This document shows positions 39,078-48,613 of a stretch of 64,000 bases of DNA, one piece after another. The first letter of the stretch is position 1; each line of letters begins with the position of its first letter. A model generated the notes under the pieces. That model saw only the letters and a list, made by a program, of their open reading frames with translations. It was not told the origin of the DNA and did not search any database. The DNA comes from Chloroflexota bacterium. Its GTDB lineage: Bacteria; Chloroflexota; Anaerolineae; Anaerolineales; Villigracilaceae. The stretch is taken from contig JAZDHO010000160.1 in the NCBI GenBank assembly GCA_043805815.1, positions 204 to 64,203 on the forward strand, in the 5' to 3' direction. Position numbers and translations under genes: made by a program.

Positions 39078-40190
39078 ATGCCATCGAAGCCAATGCCAAC
39101 CCACGTAGAAAGACTCCTTGACATGGCGGTGAAAATTCAACAGGTGCCTGCACCGACGTTCAAGGAAAGAAAACGGGCGCTGCTTGTGCGTGAATTGTTC
39201 GCGGCCGAAAACCTGCAGGACATTGCCGTGGACCGGTATCACGATGTCTACGCTCGCCTGCCTGGGCGCCGTGGGGCTGCCCCCCTCATTGTGACGGCGC
39301 ATCTGGATACGGTCTTCCCCGGACGTTCAAATCGGCTCACGCGGGAACACGACCGGATCTCCGGCCCCGGCATTGGAGATAACTCATTGGGGGTTGCGGC
39401 GCTACTGGGCCTCGTCTGGATGCTGCGCGAGGCCGGGAAGGATCTCGACTCCGACCTATGGCTTGTGGCGAATTCCTGTGAGGAAGGCCTGGGCGATCTG
39501 CGCGGTATGAAAGCGGTCGTGGATCGCTTCGGCGCCGACGCCCGAGCGTATCTCGTCCTGGAGGGGACCGCCTTGGGACAAATCTATCACCGGGCTGTTG
39601 GCGCCCGGCGCTACCGGGTCACTGTCAGGACCACAGGGGGTCATTCGTGGTCGGACTACGGGCAGCCCTCGGCCGTGCATGAACTGGCCGCGATCATCAC
39701 ACAGCTTACGGCGCTGCCGCTCCCGAGCAGTCCTCGTACGACGATGAACGTGGGCACGATCTCAGGCGGCAGCGGCGTCAATGTGCTTGCCTCGAACGCG
39801 CAGTTCGAGCTGGATGTCCGTTCCGAGGGTGCAGAGGCGTTGACCACGCTGGTAGCAAACGTGGAGGAGCGGGTCCGCGCGGCACGCCGGGACGGCGTCG
39901 AGGTCGAAATGGAGGTGGTCGGTCGGCGGCCAGCCGGCGGGATCCCCGCCGATCATCCGTTGGTGCAGCGGGCGGTTGAGTGCCTCACTGAGGTTGGCCT
40001 CAACGCCACGCTCACCGCCGGCTCAACGGATGCAAACATCCCGTTGAGCCGTGGGCTGCCGGCGATCGTCCTGGGCATTACCACTGGCGCCGGCGCCCAC
40101 ACGCGGCACGAGCATATCGATATCCCGCCTGTCGCCACGGGCATGCGTCAACTGCTCATTCTTGTTACGAAACTAATGCAGGCGGAATAG
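39078..40190 (+). CDS. M20-family metallopeptidase/deacylase
   Basis: 370 aa. AHLDTVFPG, GPGIGDNSLG, SCEEGLGDLRG, HTRHEHI. Confidence 0.75.
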   Translation: MPSKPMPTHVERLLDMAVKIQQVPAPTFKERKRALLVRELFAAENLQDIAVDRYHDVYARLPGRRGAAPLIVTAHLDTVFPGRSNRLTREHDRISGPGIGDNSLGVAALLGLVWMLREAGKDLDSDLWLVANSCEEGLGDLRGMKAVVDRFGADARAYLVLEGTALGQIYHRAVGARRYRVTVRTTGGHSWSDYGQPSAVHELAAIITQLTALPLPSSPRTTMNVGTISGGSGVNVLASNAQFELDVRSEGAEALTTLVANVEERVRAARRDGVEVEMEVVGRRPAGGIPADHPLVQRAVECLTEVGLNATLTAGSTDANIPLSRGLPAIVLGITTGAGAHTRHEHIDIPPVATGMRQLLILVTKLMQAE

Positions 40191-40227
40191 GGCAGGCATC
40201 ACGGACGGGGCCTGCTTCGCGCCGCAG

Positions 40228-41943
40228 CTATTTCAGCGCCAGTATTTCAAACACGTCGATCGGCTGCGCCTTCCCTTTTGCGGCCAGCGGTGCGCATGGC
40301 TTGGCGTCCACCGCATCCTTCACCCGCTCATAGGCCGGCCGGCTGATCAGGATCTGGTTCTTCACCGAGTTCTCTTGAATGCGCTTGGTGGTATTCACGC
40401 TGTCGCCGATCGCCGTGAAATCCAAACGCTTCTCGGAGCCTATCCAACCCAGCACCGCTTCGCCGTAGTGTATTCCGATGCCAAAATTCAGGTGCGCCTC
40501 CGCTGGAAGCTCGCCGTGCAACCCCGCGATCGCATCGCGGATAGCGAGAGCGGTTTTGACTGCCCGCAGGGTGTGATCGGGCTGAGGCAGCGGCGCGTTG
40601 TACCAAGCCATGATGGCATCACCAAGGAACTTATCGACCGTGCCTTCCTGGTCCAGCACCGCCTCAGCGCACGCCGCCAGATAGCGGTTGAGCACAGCCA
40701 CGAGGTCTTCTGGCGAGTGCTTCTCACTGTACGCCGTGAAACCGCGCACATCGGCAAATAGCACGGTAACGTCCTGCTTCTTGCCGCCGATCTCCAGGCT
40801 GCTCGGGTCGATCTGCTCGAGCACAGCCGGGGAGACCATTCGCTGCAGGAGCCTGCGTTGCGCCTCGAGTTTCTTCCGCTCCGTAAGATCATCAAGGACG
40901 ATCGCCAGACCCTGGGTCTTTTGTCCGGCGTCTTTCAAGGGGGCAAGATTCAGGCGCCAATCGAGATTGCCGCGAGACGGGTCAACATAGCTGATCTCCA
41001 GGTCGACGATCGCCTGATCCGTCTCGCGTACCTCCGCCAGGTGCGGTCTTATCTGCTGCAGCGCAGATGCCAGGACCTCATCCAGGCCGTGGCCGACGAT
41101 GTTCGACATGGTGAGTCCCAGGATCGCCTCGGCGGCGCGGTTTACCAGCATGATTTGCTCTTGGACATTGGTCGTGATCACACCGCTTGTGATGGAGTAG
41201 AACACGTTATCCATCAGGCTCTTGAGCGCCGTGACTTCTTCGAGCGTGTGTCTGAGCGATGTGAACAGGCGGGCATTCTCGATCGCCACTCCCGCCTGAT
41301 TCGAGAAGGCCATGAGTAGGTCGCGCGCCGACTCGGAGAAGATGCCCGTGCGAATCCGATTATCGGTGTAGATTACCCCGATCAGATCGTTCTTCACCTT
41401 GAGCGGGACGCATAGGATGGACCGCAGGCTGAGCGCCACAACGCTGGCCTGACGGCTGAAGCGCTGGTCGTCCTGCGCATTGGTCGTCACAATGGGCTCG
41501 CCGGATTCGATCACGCGCTGCACCACCGTGCGGCTCGTGGCGGCTTCTCCGGACTTGATGGACTCCTGCGACCAGTTGCGGGCGACTTGCGTCACCATCT
41601 CGCCCCTCTCGTCTCGAAGCATCAGGAATCCACGCTCGGCGCCCGTGAGACGCACGATGTTGTCCATTACGATGCGCAGGACTTCCTCAAGCTCAAGTGA
41701 GGAGTTGACCACGCTGCCGATCTGCACCAAGGCCGTAAGGTTCTTTTGTTCAGCCTCCAGCATCTCGAGCTTCTGTCCAAGCTGCCCGAGGGTCTCTGCC
41801 AAAGCCCCAAGGTTCTCAAGCGCGTTCAGAGGCAGCTCGCGCGGCTTGAGCTTCTGCAGGTGATCACGCAGCTCGGTGGCCTGTACAGCGAGGGCATTCG
41901 TCTGGTCGCGAAGCGATCTGGCAGGTGGCTTCTCGGGCTTCAT
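40228..41943 (-). CDS. GAF-PAS class III adenylate/guanylate cyclase
   Basis: 571 aa. Coiled-coil N-terminus, a GAF block, a PAS block, and a cyclase core VTVLFADVRGFTAYSE...KFLGDAIMAWYNAP...IGIHYGEAVLG...TAIGDSVNTTKR. Confidence 0.85.
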   Translation of the reverse strand: MKPEKPPARSLRDQTNALAVQATELRDHLQKLKPRELPLNALENLGALAETLGQLGQKLEMLEAEQKNLTALVQIGSVVNSSLELEEVLRIVMDNIVRLTGAERGFLMLRDERGEMVTQVARNWSQESIKSGEAATSRTVVQRVIESGEPIVTTNAQDDQRFSRQASVVALSLRSILCVPLKVKNDLIGVIYTDNRIRTGIFSESARDLLMAFSNQAGVAIENARLFTSLRHTLEEVTALKSLMDNVFYSITSGVITTNVQEQIMLVNRAAEAILGLTMSNIVGHGLDEVLASALQQIRPHLAEVRETDQAIVDLEISYVDPSRGNLDWRLNLAPLKDAGQKTQGLAIVLDDLTERKKLEAQRRLLQRMVSPAVLEQIDPSSLEIGGKKQDVTVLFADVRGFTAYSEKHSPEDLVAVLNRYLAACAEAVLDQEGTVDKFLGDAIMAWYNAPLPQPDHTLRAVKTALAIRDAIAGLHGELPAEAHLNFGIGIHYGEAVLGWIGSEKRLDFTAIGDSVNTTKRIQENSVKNQILISRPAYERVKDAVDAKPCAPLAAKGKAQPIDVFEILALK

Positions 41944-41963
41944 GTGCTCTCCCAGATGTTGCT

Positions 41964-44285
41964 CTAGCTGTCCGGATCCGAGTATACAGCACGCCCGTCC
42001 AGCGCCGCAATCGTCTTGTCCAGCCTGGCGCGAAGGCTATGCAGGAGCACAACCAGTGCTGCTCTGCGGGCCCGGCCAAGATCAGCTGGATGGAGCGTAA
42101 ACAGACCGGATTCCAGCTCGACTTTCAACAACTCAATAGGTCGCCTTGCCGCCGGAATGAGGCGAGCCAGCGCGGCTGCTTGAACCGCTGCCGTTGCATG
42201 CATATGCTGGGGCTTCCCCAGCAGACGGAGCGACCAGCTCACGCTGGCAAATGCGCGCTCCACGGGCGCAAGCTGATTCCACCGTTCCCAAGTGCGCACC
42301 CATGCAGGCGCAGGACCTCCTCCGGCTTCAAGCGCCCTCGAGAGCAACGCGGGAAGTCGATTGAAGACCCGCGCGCGGTACGCCAATCCAATCGCAAGCA
42401 GCGCAGCCAGGATCGGCAGGGCGGTGTAGACGGCGCGGCCTGCCGGCGTCAGAGGAAACGGCAGGGACGCGGCGGGCGGAGCGATCTCCACGTCTTCGGG
42501 AATCCGGTTGCCTTCTTCTTCAGGAGGCGTTCGCGGCGCCACATTGAAATCCGGGATGCCCGCCGGCAACAGACCGCTCGGGCGCACAAGCGGATCCTGA
42601 CTACTCGTCGGCTCAAACTCCACCCAGCCGATTCCGGGGAAATAGACCTCCGGCCAAGCGTGGGCATTGCGCCTGTACACGGTGTACGTCCCATCTTTCA
42701 ACTCGCCGCGCGCAAATCCGACGGCCAGGCGCGCTGGGATGCCGATCGAGCGCAGCAGGAGGACCTCGGCCGAGGCGTAGTAGTTGCAGAAACCCCGCCT
42801 ATGATCAAGCAGCACCCACATTACCGGATCCTGGCCCTCAGGAGGTGCCGGCACACTCTCGGAGTAATCGATATTCAGACGCAGGTAGTTCGTGACCGCG
42901 GTAGCCTTGTCGTAAGCGCTCACCATCCCCGCCGTGATCTCCACAGCAAGCCCTGAGAGGTCGGCGCGATATCTCTCAGGGACGCCAAGATAGTGCTCCA
43001 CCACCCAGGGCGGATAGACTCCCCCGGCTGCCCGCAACTGCTGCACGGTTGGATTGCGGAGTTCAGCACGGACCTGATATGCGGCACCGGCAGGCACGAG
43101 CGTTCGTGCCTCCCATGAGAACGCGTCATACACGTTTGGGGCGGCGCGCATGGCGGCGACGTCCGCAGCGCGATCGATCCATACTGCCGGGGATGGGCCG
43201 TAGATCAAACCCTGAGTCGGGAACTGGCTGGTCACCCGCAGAAGCGTCTCGGCACGATCCGTAGCATCCGGAATACCCAGGCCGTCCTGGTTGGGATGAA
43301 ACAGAAGCCGAGACGTCGTCGAGGCAGACCAGACCCCGCCCACGTAGTCGTTGTAGGCCCGGCCGCGCCAGTAGTAGCGCGGGTTCAGTCCGGGTGATTC
43401 CAGCACCTCAACTTCCAAGACGATCGCGTCACCGGTTGCGACGTTTTCTCCCACCGGCAGCGAGCTTCCGTAGAAACTGTCGCCAGGTCTGCCGTACGGA
43501 CCCCTCAGCGACGTGACAGCACTGGAGAGCCTCTCCCGGACGGGCCGGAAGTAGGTATTCCAGGTATCGGCCGCTCGCTGCACACTGCCCGGCGAACTCG
43601 GGATCCACCATGCAGCGAGAATCGCCAACACGGCCGTCATAAATAGGCCTGTAAGGACATTGGTGCCGGATTCTTCGCTTACAAATACGCGGCCTTTTAC
43701 CCATTCGCTTTTTTGTTGCAGAAAGTGCACCCGGCCGGCTAGGAGGAGCGCGATCAGCATATAGACCGCAAGCCACCAGGAGCCCCGAGGCTGATAATTG
43801 CCGTATACCTGGATGATGACTGTGGCGGCGCCGGCGACGGCGATCGTGGTAAGGACGCGGCCGTGCCGCCCGAGCCAGTACCCCGCCGTCACGCCGATCA
43901 CCCAGAAGGCCAGGCACACAAAAAGCAGAAAGAACAGCGTATCCTTGACTGGCTGGCGATGGAAGAACTGATTAAAGGACAGAGCCAGTATCCCGCCAAC
44001 GCGGACCAGGCGGTCGACCAACAGGTCGTCTGTCACCGATCTTGTGAGCTGCCAGGGCACAACCGCGGCGGTGTAGCCGGTGGCAAGAGCCAGGACTGTG
44101 CCGCGCCGGAATCGACTCGATCCCAATGCGAACCCGAGGATGGTACCGAAGCCCGCCAGGGTTTCAGTCCAATAGAGGTACGGCGCCCAGCCTGTCGTCA
44201 CAAGTCGGGCCGCGGCAATCTGCAGCAGGAGAAAGAGAAGGCCGGCGGATATCCAATCCCACTCGCGCGCGGGCGTCCTCTTCAT
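41964..44285 (-). CDS. transglutaminase-domain membrane protein
   Basis: Start likely at MKRTPAREW. About 6 N-terminal TM helices. Transglutaminase core RRGFCNYYASAEVLLLRSIGIPARL...HAWPEVYFPGIGWVEFEPT. One further TM after the core. Confidence 0.8.
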   Translation of the reverse strand: MKRTPAREWDWISAGLLFLLLQIAAARLVTTGWAPYLYWTETLAGFGTILGFALGSSRFRRGTVLALATGYTAAVVPWQLTRSVTDDLLVDRLVRVGGILALSFNQFFHRQPVKDTLFFLLFVCLAFWVIGVTAGYWLGRHGRVLTTIAVAGAATVIIQVYGNYQPRGSWWLAVYMLIALLLAGRVHFLQQKSEWVKGRVFVSEESGTNVLTGLFMTAVLAILAAWWIPSSPGSVQRAADTWNTYFRPVRERLSSAVTSLRGPYGRPGDSFYGSSLPVGENVATGDAIVLEVEVLESPGLNPRYYWRGRAYNDYVGGVWSASTTSRLLFHPNQDGLGIPDATDRAETLLRVTSQFPTQGLIYGPSPAVWIDRAADVAAMRAAPNVYDAFSWEARTLVPAGAAYQVRAELRNPTVQQLRAAGGVYPPWVVEHYLGVPERYRADLSGLAVEITAGMVSAYDKATAVTNYLRLNIDYSESVPAPPEGQDPVMWVLLDHRRGFCNYYASAEVLLLRSIGIPARLAVGFARGELKDGTYTVYRRNAHAWPEVYFPGIGWVEFEPTSSQDPLVRPSGLLPAGIPDFNVAPRTPPEEEGNRIPEDVEIAPPAASLPFPLTPAGRAVYTALPILAALLAIGLAYRARVFNRLPALLSRALEAGGGPAPAWVRTWERWNQLAPVERAFASVSWSLRLLGKPQHMHATAAVQAAALARLIPAARRPIELLKVELESGLFTLHPADLGRARRAALVVLLHSLRARLDKTIAALDGRAVYSDPDS

Positions 44286-44506
44286 ATGGGGAGTGTACAA
44301 TACCTGACAGCACCCCGTCAAATCCGTTCGCGTGCGCTCTTGTGCATGCCCGGCACTGCTGAGTCAGGCGCACGAAGTCAATCTGATATAATGTCGCCGT
44401 TGTGCCTCAAGACCGCCGAGGCTCAGCGCGTCCTGCGACCCAACGTGACTTCAGCCTTCCTCCAAGACGTCTCACTGCTTGATAGCCGCCTGACCCTGGG
44501 ATTGGG

Positions 44507-46699
44507 ATGACGCTCGAGCGCGGCACACTCCTACACAAACGGTATCGAATCGTTGAGATCCTTGGACAGGGGGGCATGGGATCCGTCTATCGCGCGGTGG
44601 ACGAGAACCTGGGGGTGGATGTAGCGGTTAAGGAGAACCTCTTTACATCTGATGAGTACTCGAGGCAGTTCCGGCTTGAGGCGGTGATCCTGGCCGGCCT
44701 GCGCCACCCCAATCTCCCCCGCGTCTCGGACCATTTTGCCGTCGGCGACCAGGGCCAGTACCTGGTGATGGATTTCATTGAGGGCGAAGACCTGCGCCAG
44801 CGCATGGAGCGCCTCGCAACCATCTCCGAGGAAGACGCCGTCATGGTGGGCGCGGCCATGTGCGATGCGCTCACGTATCTGCACACCCGCAAGCCGTCGA
44901 TCCTGCACCGCGACATTAAGCCGGGAAACGTCAAGATCTCTCCGGAAGGCGCAATCTATCTTGTGGACTTCGGGCTGGCCAAGATCGTCCAGGGCCCGCA
45001 GGCAACTACGACCGGAGCGCGCGCCATGACGCCGGGCTATTCGCCGCCGGAGCAGTATGGCACGGCGCGTACCGACGCGCGCACGGATGTCTACTCCCTG
45101 GGGGCCACTCTGTACGCGGGATTGACGGGCGTGATCCCAGAGGACGGCTTGGCCCGGGCGATGGACAACGCTCAGCTGACGTCGCTGCGCCGACGCAACC
45201 CAAAAGTGTCGCGCCGCGTAGCCGCCACCATAGAGAAGGCCATGGCCGTGGATCCTGGCGATCGCTTCCAGACGGCAGAGGACTTCAAGAAGGCACTCCT
45301 CACTGCAGTAGCCAAATCCGAACGTCCCACGGGCGAGTTCACCGTCCCACCGCCCCCGGACCTAACACACCCTGCCAGCTCGTCAGCATCCGCCACCAAC
45401 TCAGAAAACGCACGTCCGCTTCGCGCGGCCGTTCCGGCCGCCGCCTCGGATGACGTCCTGGACTTCGTTGCACCCAGGAAACGCCGGCGGTCCAATCCCG
45501 CGTGGCTCACACCGCTATTCATCGCGATCATCGCCGCCTCTGGTACCGTCATCTTGATGCCAGACATCGTTCCCGCTAACGTTCGGGCGATGGCTCCGCT
45601 GCTCTTTCCCGGCTCGCCACCTGCCAACTCCCAGACGCCAGCCGCATCCCCGACCTCCACACCTTCGGCAGGGCGCAGCACGGTCCAGACGGCAACGCCC
45701 GCCGCAACCTCCACGTCCGCGGTTACACCAAGCTTTACGTCGATCCCGAGCAGTGTGCCCATAGTCCCTTCGGCGCGGACCCAGGCTGCTGGTCCACCTC
45801 CGGCGAGTGCCGCGGCCGACCAGATTGCATTCGTCTCTGATCGTTCCGGGATACCGCAGGTATATCTGGGAGATGTCAACGGACGTACGCTGGTTCCCAT
45901 TACCAATCTTCCGGACGGTGCATGTCAGCCATCGTGGTCACCGGATGGAATGCGGCTGGTATTTGTTTCACCCTGCCGTGTGTCGCCAGTGGGACGGCCC
46001 CTGGACATCTCTGAGGGCCCTCCAGCGGACACGGCCCTGTACATCGCGAACGTGGACGGTTCCGGTCTCGTTGCGCTGCCCACCGTATCCGGAGGCGATT
46101 CTGAGCCCGCCTGGTCACCCGAGGGGCAGCGAATCGCATTCACGTCACTGCGTGACGGCCGCCCGCTCATCTATGTCCTCGATCTCATCGACCAATCGGT
46201 CAGTCGGATCACGGACCCGACTGCCGATTTCGAGGAGGCGCGGCAGCCCGCGTGGTCTCCTTTCGGAAATCAGATCGTTTTCTCGAAGAAACGCGTGGAC
46301 GCATACCAGATTTGGTCGATAACGGATGCCGGACAGGGGGAACAGCAAATTGCTCGGGGCGGACAGCAGTATTGGGATTTCTCACCGGCGTGGTCCGCGG
46401 ATGCGCAGTTCATTTACTACACGCAGCGAAATGCCTCGGGCCCGGTGCTCCCCTGGATCATGAGCATCGCTTATGAGCGACGCAACACCGAAGAAAGCAG
46501 CAGGCTCAGCCTCAGCCCTCTTCCCGTCGAACATCCGCAGGTTTCGCCGGATGGCTATTGGATCGTCTTCGAAGGCAAGAGCCCGGACGAGAATCGCGAT
46601 ATCTTCATCGCCACCACCACGGGCCAGCTGCGGACGCGCATTACCACCGATCCCGGAATTGATTTCGACCCGGTGTGGCGCCCGGTCCGTTCGCCGTAG
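44507..46699 (+). CDS. Ser/Thr protein kinase with TM segment and C-terminal TolB-like (PD40) beta-propeller
   Basis: 730 aa. GQGGMGSVYRA, VAVKE, HRDIKPGN, DFGLAK, SPPE. TM WLTPLFIAIIAASGTVIL. Repeats WSPDG/WSPEG/WSPFG/VSPDG. Confidence 0.88.
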   Translation: MTLERGTLLHKRYRIVEILGQGGMGSVYRAVDENLGVDVAVKENLFTSDEYSRQFRLEAVILAGLRHPNLPRVSDHFAVGDQGQYLVMDFIEGEDLRQRMERLATISEEDAVMVGAAMCDALTYLHTRKPSILHRDIKPGNVKISPEGAIYLVDFGLAKIVQGPQATTTGARAMTPGYSPPEQYGTARTDARTDVYSLGATLYAGLTGVIPEDGLARAMDNAQLTSLRRRNPKVSRRVAATIEKAMAVDPGDRFQTAEDFKKALLTAVAKSERPTGEFTVPPPPDLTHPASSSASATNSENARPLRAAVPAAASDDVLDFVAPRKRRRSNPAWLTPLFIAIIAASGTVILMPDIVPANVRAMAPLLFPGSPPANSQTPAASPTSTPSAGRSTVQTATPAATSTSAVTPSFTSIPSSVPIVPSARTQAAGPPPASAAADQIAFVSDRSGIPQVYLGDVNGRTLVPITNLPDGACQPSWSPDGMRLVFVSPCRVSPVGRPLDISEGPPADTALYIANVDGSGLVALPTVSGGDSEPAWSPEGQRIAFTSLRDGRPLIYVLDLIDQSVSRITDPTADFEEARQPAWSPFGNQIVFSKKRVDAYQIWSITDAGQGEQQIARGGQQYWDFSPAWSADAQFIYYTQRNASGPVLPWIMSIAYERRNTEESSRLSLSPLPVEHPQVSPDGYWIVFEGKSPDENRDIFIATTTGQLRTRITTDPGIDFDPVWRPVRSP

Positions 46700-46810
46700 T
46701 TCGCTCGGGCGGCGGGCGGCCCCGATCCTCCAGATCAGCTCCAGCCACGGACCGCGGCGCTCCAGTCGCACGCACCACTCGGCGTCCCGGTCTTTCTTAC
46801 ACTCCTCTTA

Positions 46811-46840
46811 TTGACGCTCTTCTTGGGCGCATGTTATTAT
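46811..46840 (+). promoter_or_regulatory. promoter of the hrcA-grpE-dnaK-dnaJ operon
   Basis: TTGACG (46811-46816), 18 nt spacer, TATTAT (46835-46840). Confidence 0.6.
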
Positions 46841-46853
46841 CAACTGGTATGAA

Positions 46854-46878
46854 TGGCACTCTCGCGGCGAGAGTGCCA
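46854..46878 (+). promoter_or_regulatory. CIRCE operator (HrcA binding site)
   Basis: TGGCACTC-N9-GAGTGCCA, a perfect inverted repeat 14 nt before the hrcA ATG (consensus TTAGCACTC-N9-GAGTGCTAA). Confidence 0.85.
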
Positions 46879-46892
46879 GCTTGTGATAAGAC

Positions 46893-47942
46893 ATGTCCAT
46901 GCTGACCGAACGACAAAAGACGATTCTGCTGGTCATTATTCGGGAATACATCGACGCGGCGCTGCCCGTGGGCTCCAAGCGATTGGTGGAACGCTACCAC
47001 CTCGACTTTTCTCCCGCCACAATACGCCACGAAATGGCGGCGCTTACCGAAATGGGCTACCTGCGCCAGCCGCATACTTCCGCCGGCCGTATCCCAACCG
47101 AAGAGGGTTATCGGTTCTTCGTGAGCGCCATGATAGACCAGGCAGAACTGCCGAGGGCGGTGCGGAACACGATCCTGCACCAGTTCTACCAGGCCGTGCC
47201 CGGGACGGACCAATGGATGCATCTGGCAGCCTCCGTCCTCGCGCACCAAACCCATGGCGCCTCCATGGTCACAGCCCCCCGTGCCGATATCCCCCGCTTT
47301 CAGCACGTTGAGCTGATCTCAACACAAGGGCGCCAGATCCTCATGGTGCTCGTGCTCGTGGGCGGCGAGCTGACTCAGCAGTTGCTTACTCTTGCGGAGC
47401 CGGTTATGCAAGAGCGGCTGAGTCAGACGGCCGCAAGGCTGAACGGCGTGCTGGGCGGGCGCACCGTGGACGAGGTAACGGCGCTTCCAGGACGCCAGGA
47501 CGCACTGGAGCAAGACATCATGCTATTGATCCAGGGCGAGCTGCGCCGCACCGCCGAAAGCGTTTCCGGCGAGATCTATACCGACGGGCTGACCAACATG
47601 CTCTCCGAACCTGACTTCGCCGGAACACAGAGTGCTCGGCGGGCAGTGAGACTGCTCGAGGAGCGGACTACGCTTCAGGATATGCTCGCCCGCACGACCA
47701 CAAACAGCGCTGTGGGCGGATTGCAGGTTCTGATCGGAGGGGAAGGCGGTTGGGAGGAACTCAGCGAATGCTCCATGGTGCTGGCGCGCTACGGTGTGCC
47801 GGGCATGGCCACCGGCACTTTGGGAGTCTTGGGACCGATGCGGATGTCGTATGCGCGAACAATACCGACAGTCCGTTTCGTCGCAGGGCTGCTTAGCGAT
47901 CTCGTCAACGAACGCATGACGGGAGACCAGCACACAGGATAG
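46893..47942 (+). CDS. hrcA: heat-inducible transcription repressor HrcA
   Basis: 349 aa. LTERQKTILLVIIREYI...PVGSKRL...SPATIRHEMAALTEMGYL. Confidence 0.93.
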   Translation: MSMLTERQKTILLVIIREYIDAALPVGSKRLVERYHLDFSPATIRHEMAALTEMGYLRQPHTSAGRIPTEEGYRFFVSAMIDQAELPRAVRNTILHQFYQAVPGTDQWMHLAASVLAHQTHGASMVTAPRADIPRFQHVELISTQGRQILMVLVLVGGELTQQLLTLAEPVMQERLSQTAARLNGVLGGRTVDEVTALPGRQDALEQDIMLLIQGELRRTAESVSGEIYTDGLTNMLSEPDFAGTQSARRAVRLLEERTTLQDMLARTTTNSAVGGLQVLIGGEGGWEELSECSMVLARYGVPGMATGTLGVLGPMRMSYARTIPTVRFVAGLLSDLVNERMTGDQHTG

Positions 47943-47966
47943 ACAGGTCAGCTACAGGAAATCCAC

Positions 47967-48530
47967 ATGACACACAAGAATCACGGCAGGCACGCAGACG
48001 ACCAGGCGGATGGCGCTGCTGAAGCTGCGCAGAGCGAGCCGGGCGCGTCGGCCTCCCACGAGCCCCTTTCCGAGGACCTGCAGGCTTTGCGTAACCAGCT
48101 TGCCGAAGCAGAAGCAAGGGCGGCTGAGAGCCTGGATGGGTGGCAGCGCGCCCTGGCTGAGTTCCAGAACTACAAGAAGCGCGTGGAACGCGACCGGGAT
48201 TCCGACCAGGCAGCCATGAAAGCCGACCTGATCAAGAAGGTGCTCCCGGTCCTGGATGACCTCGAGCGAGCCCTGCAAAATCGTGCCGAGGACGATGCGT
48301 GGTCCAGTGGAATCGAACTCATCCGACGCAAGTTCGAGGCGATATTGGAATCCGAAGGTGTGAAGCGCATTGAATGCGAGGGCGCCCTCTTCGATCCCAA
48401 CTTCCATGAGGCCGTTTCTCAGGAATCGGTGGACGGCGCTGAAGGCGGCCGCGTCGTGGGGGTGACTCGGTCAGGCTACATGTTGGGGGACCGGGTGATA
48501 AGGCCGGCCCAGGTTAGAGTCGCGGCCTAG
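47967..48530 (+). CDS. grpE: nucleotide exchange factor GrpE
   Basis: 187 aa. RALAEFQNYKKRVERD..., FDPNFHEAV, GYMLGDRVIRPAQV. Confidence 0.93.
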   Translation: MTHKNHGRHADDQADGAAEAAQSEPGASASHEPLSEDLQALRNQLAEAEARAAESLDGWQRALAEFQNYKKRVERDRDSDQAAMKADLIKKVLPVLDDLERALQNRAEDDAWSSGIELIRRKFEAILESEGVKRIECEGALFDPNFHEAVSQESVDGAEGGRVVGVTRSGYMLGDRVIRPAQVRVAA

Positions 48531-48613
48531 GCAACCATCGGGGCGCTTCAGCAGTGCGGGCAGGGCGCCGCCTGTACGCCTCTCAGCGCGAAACCAATGC
48601 AGAAAAGGATTGA

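Noticed and set aside
41925-42956. 343-aa plus-strand ORF
   Set aside because: It is antisense to the transglutaminase gene. The translation is an Arg-rich artefact.
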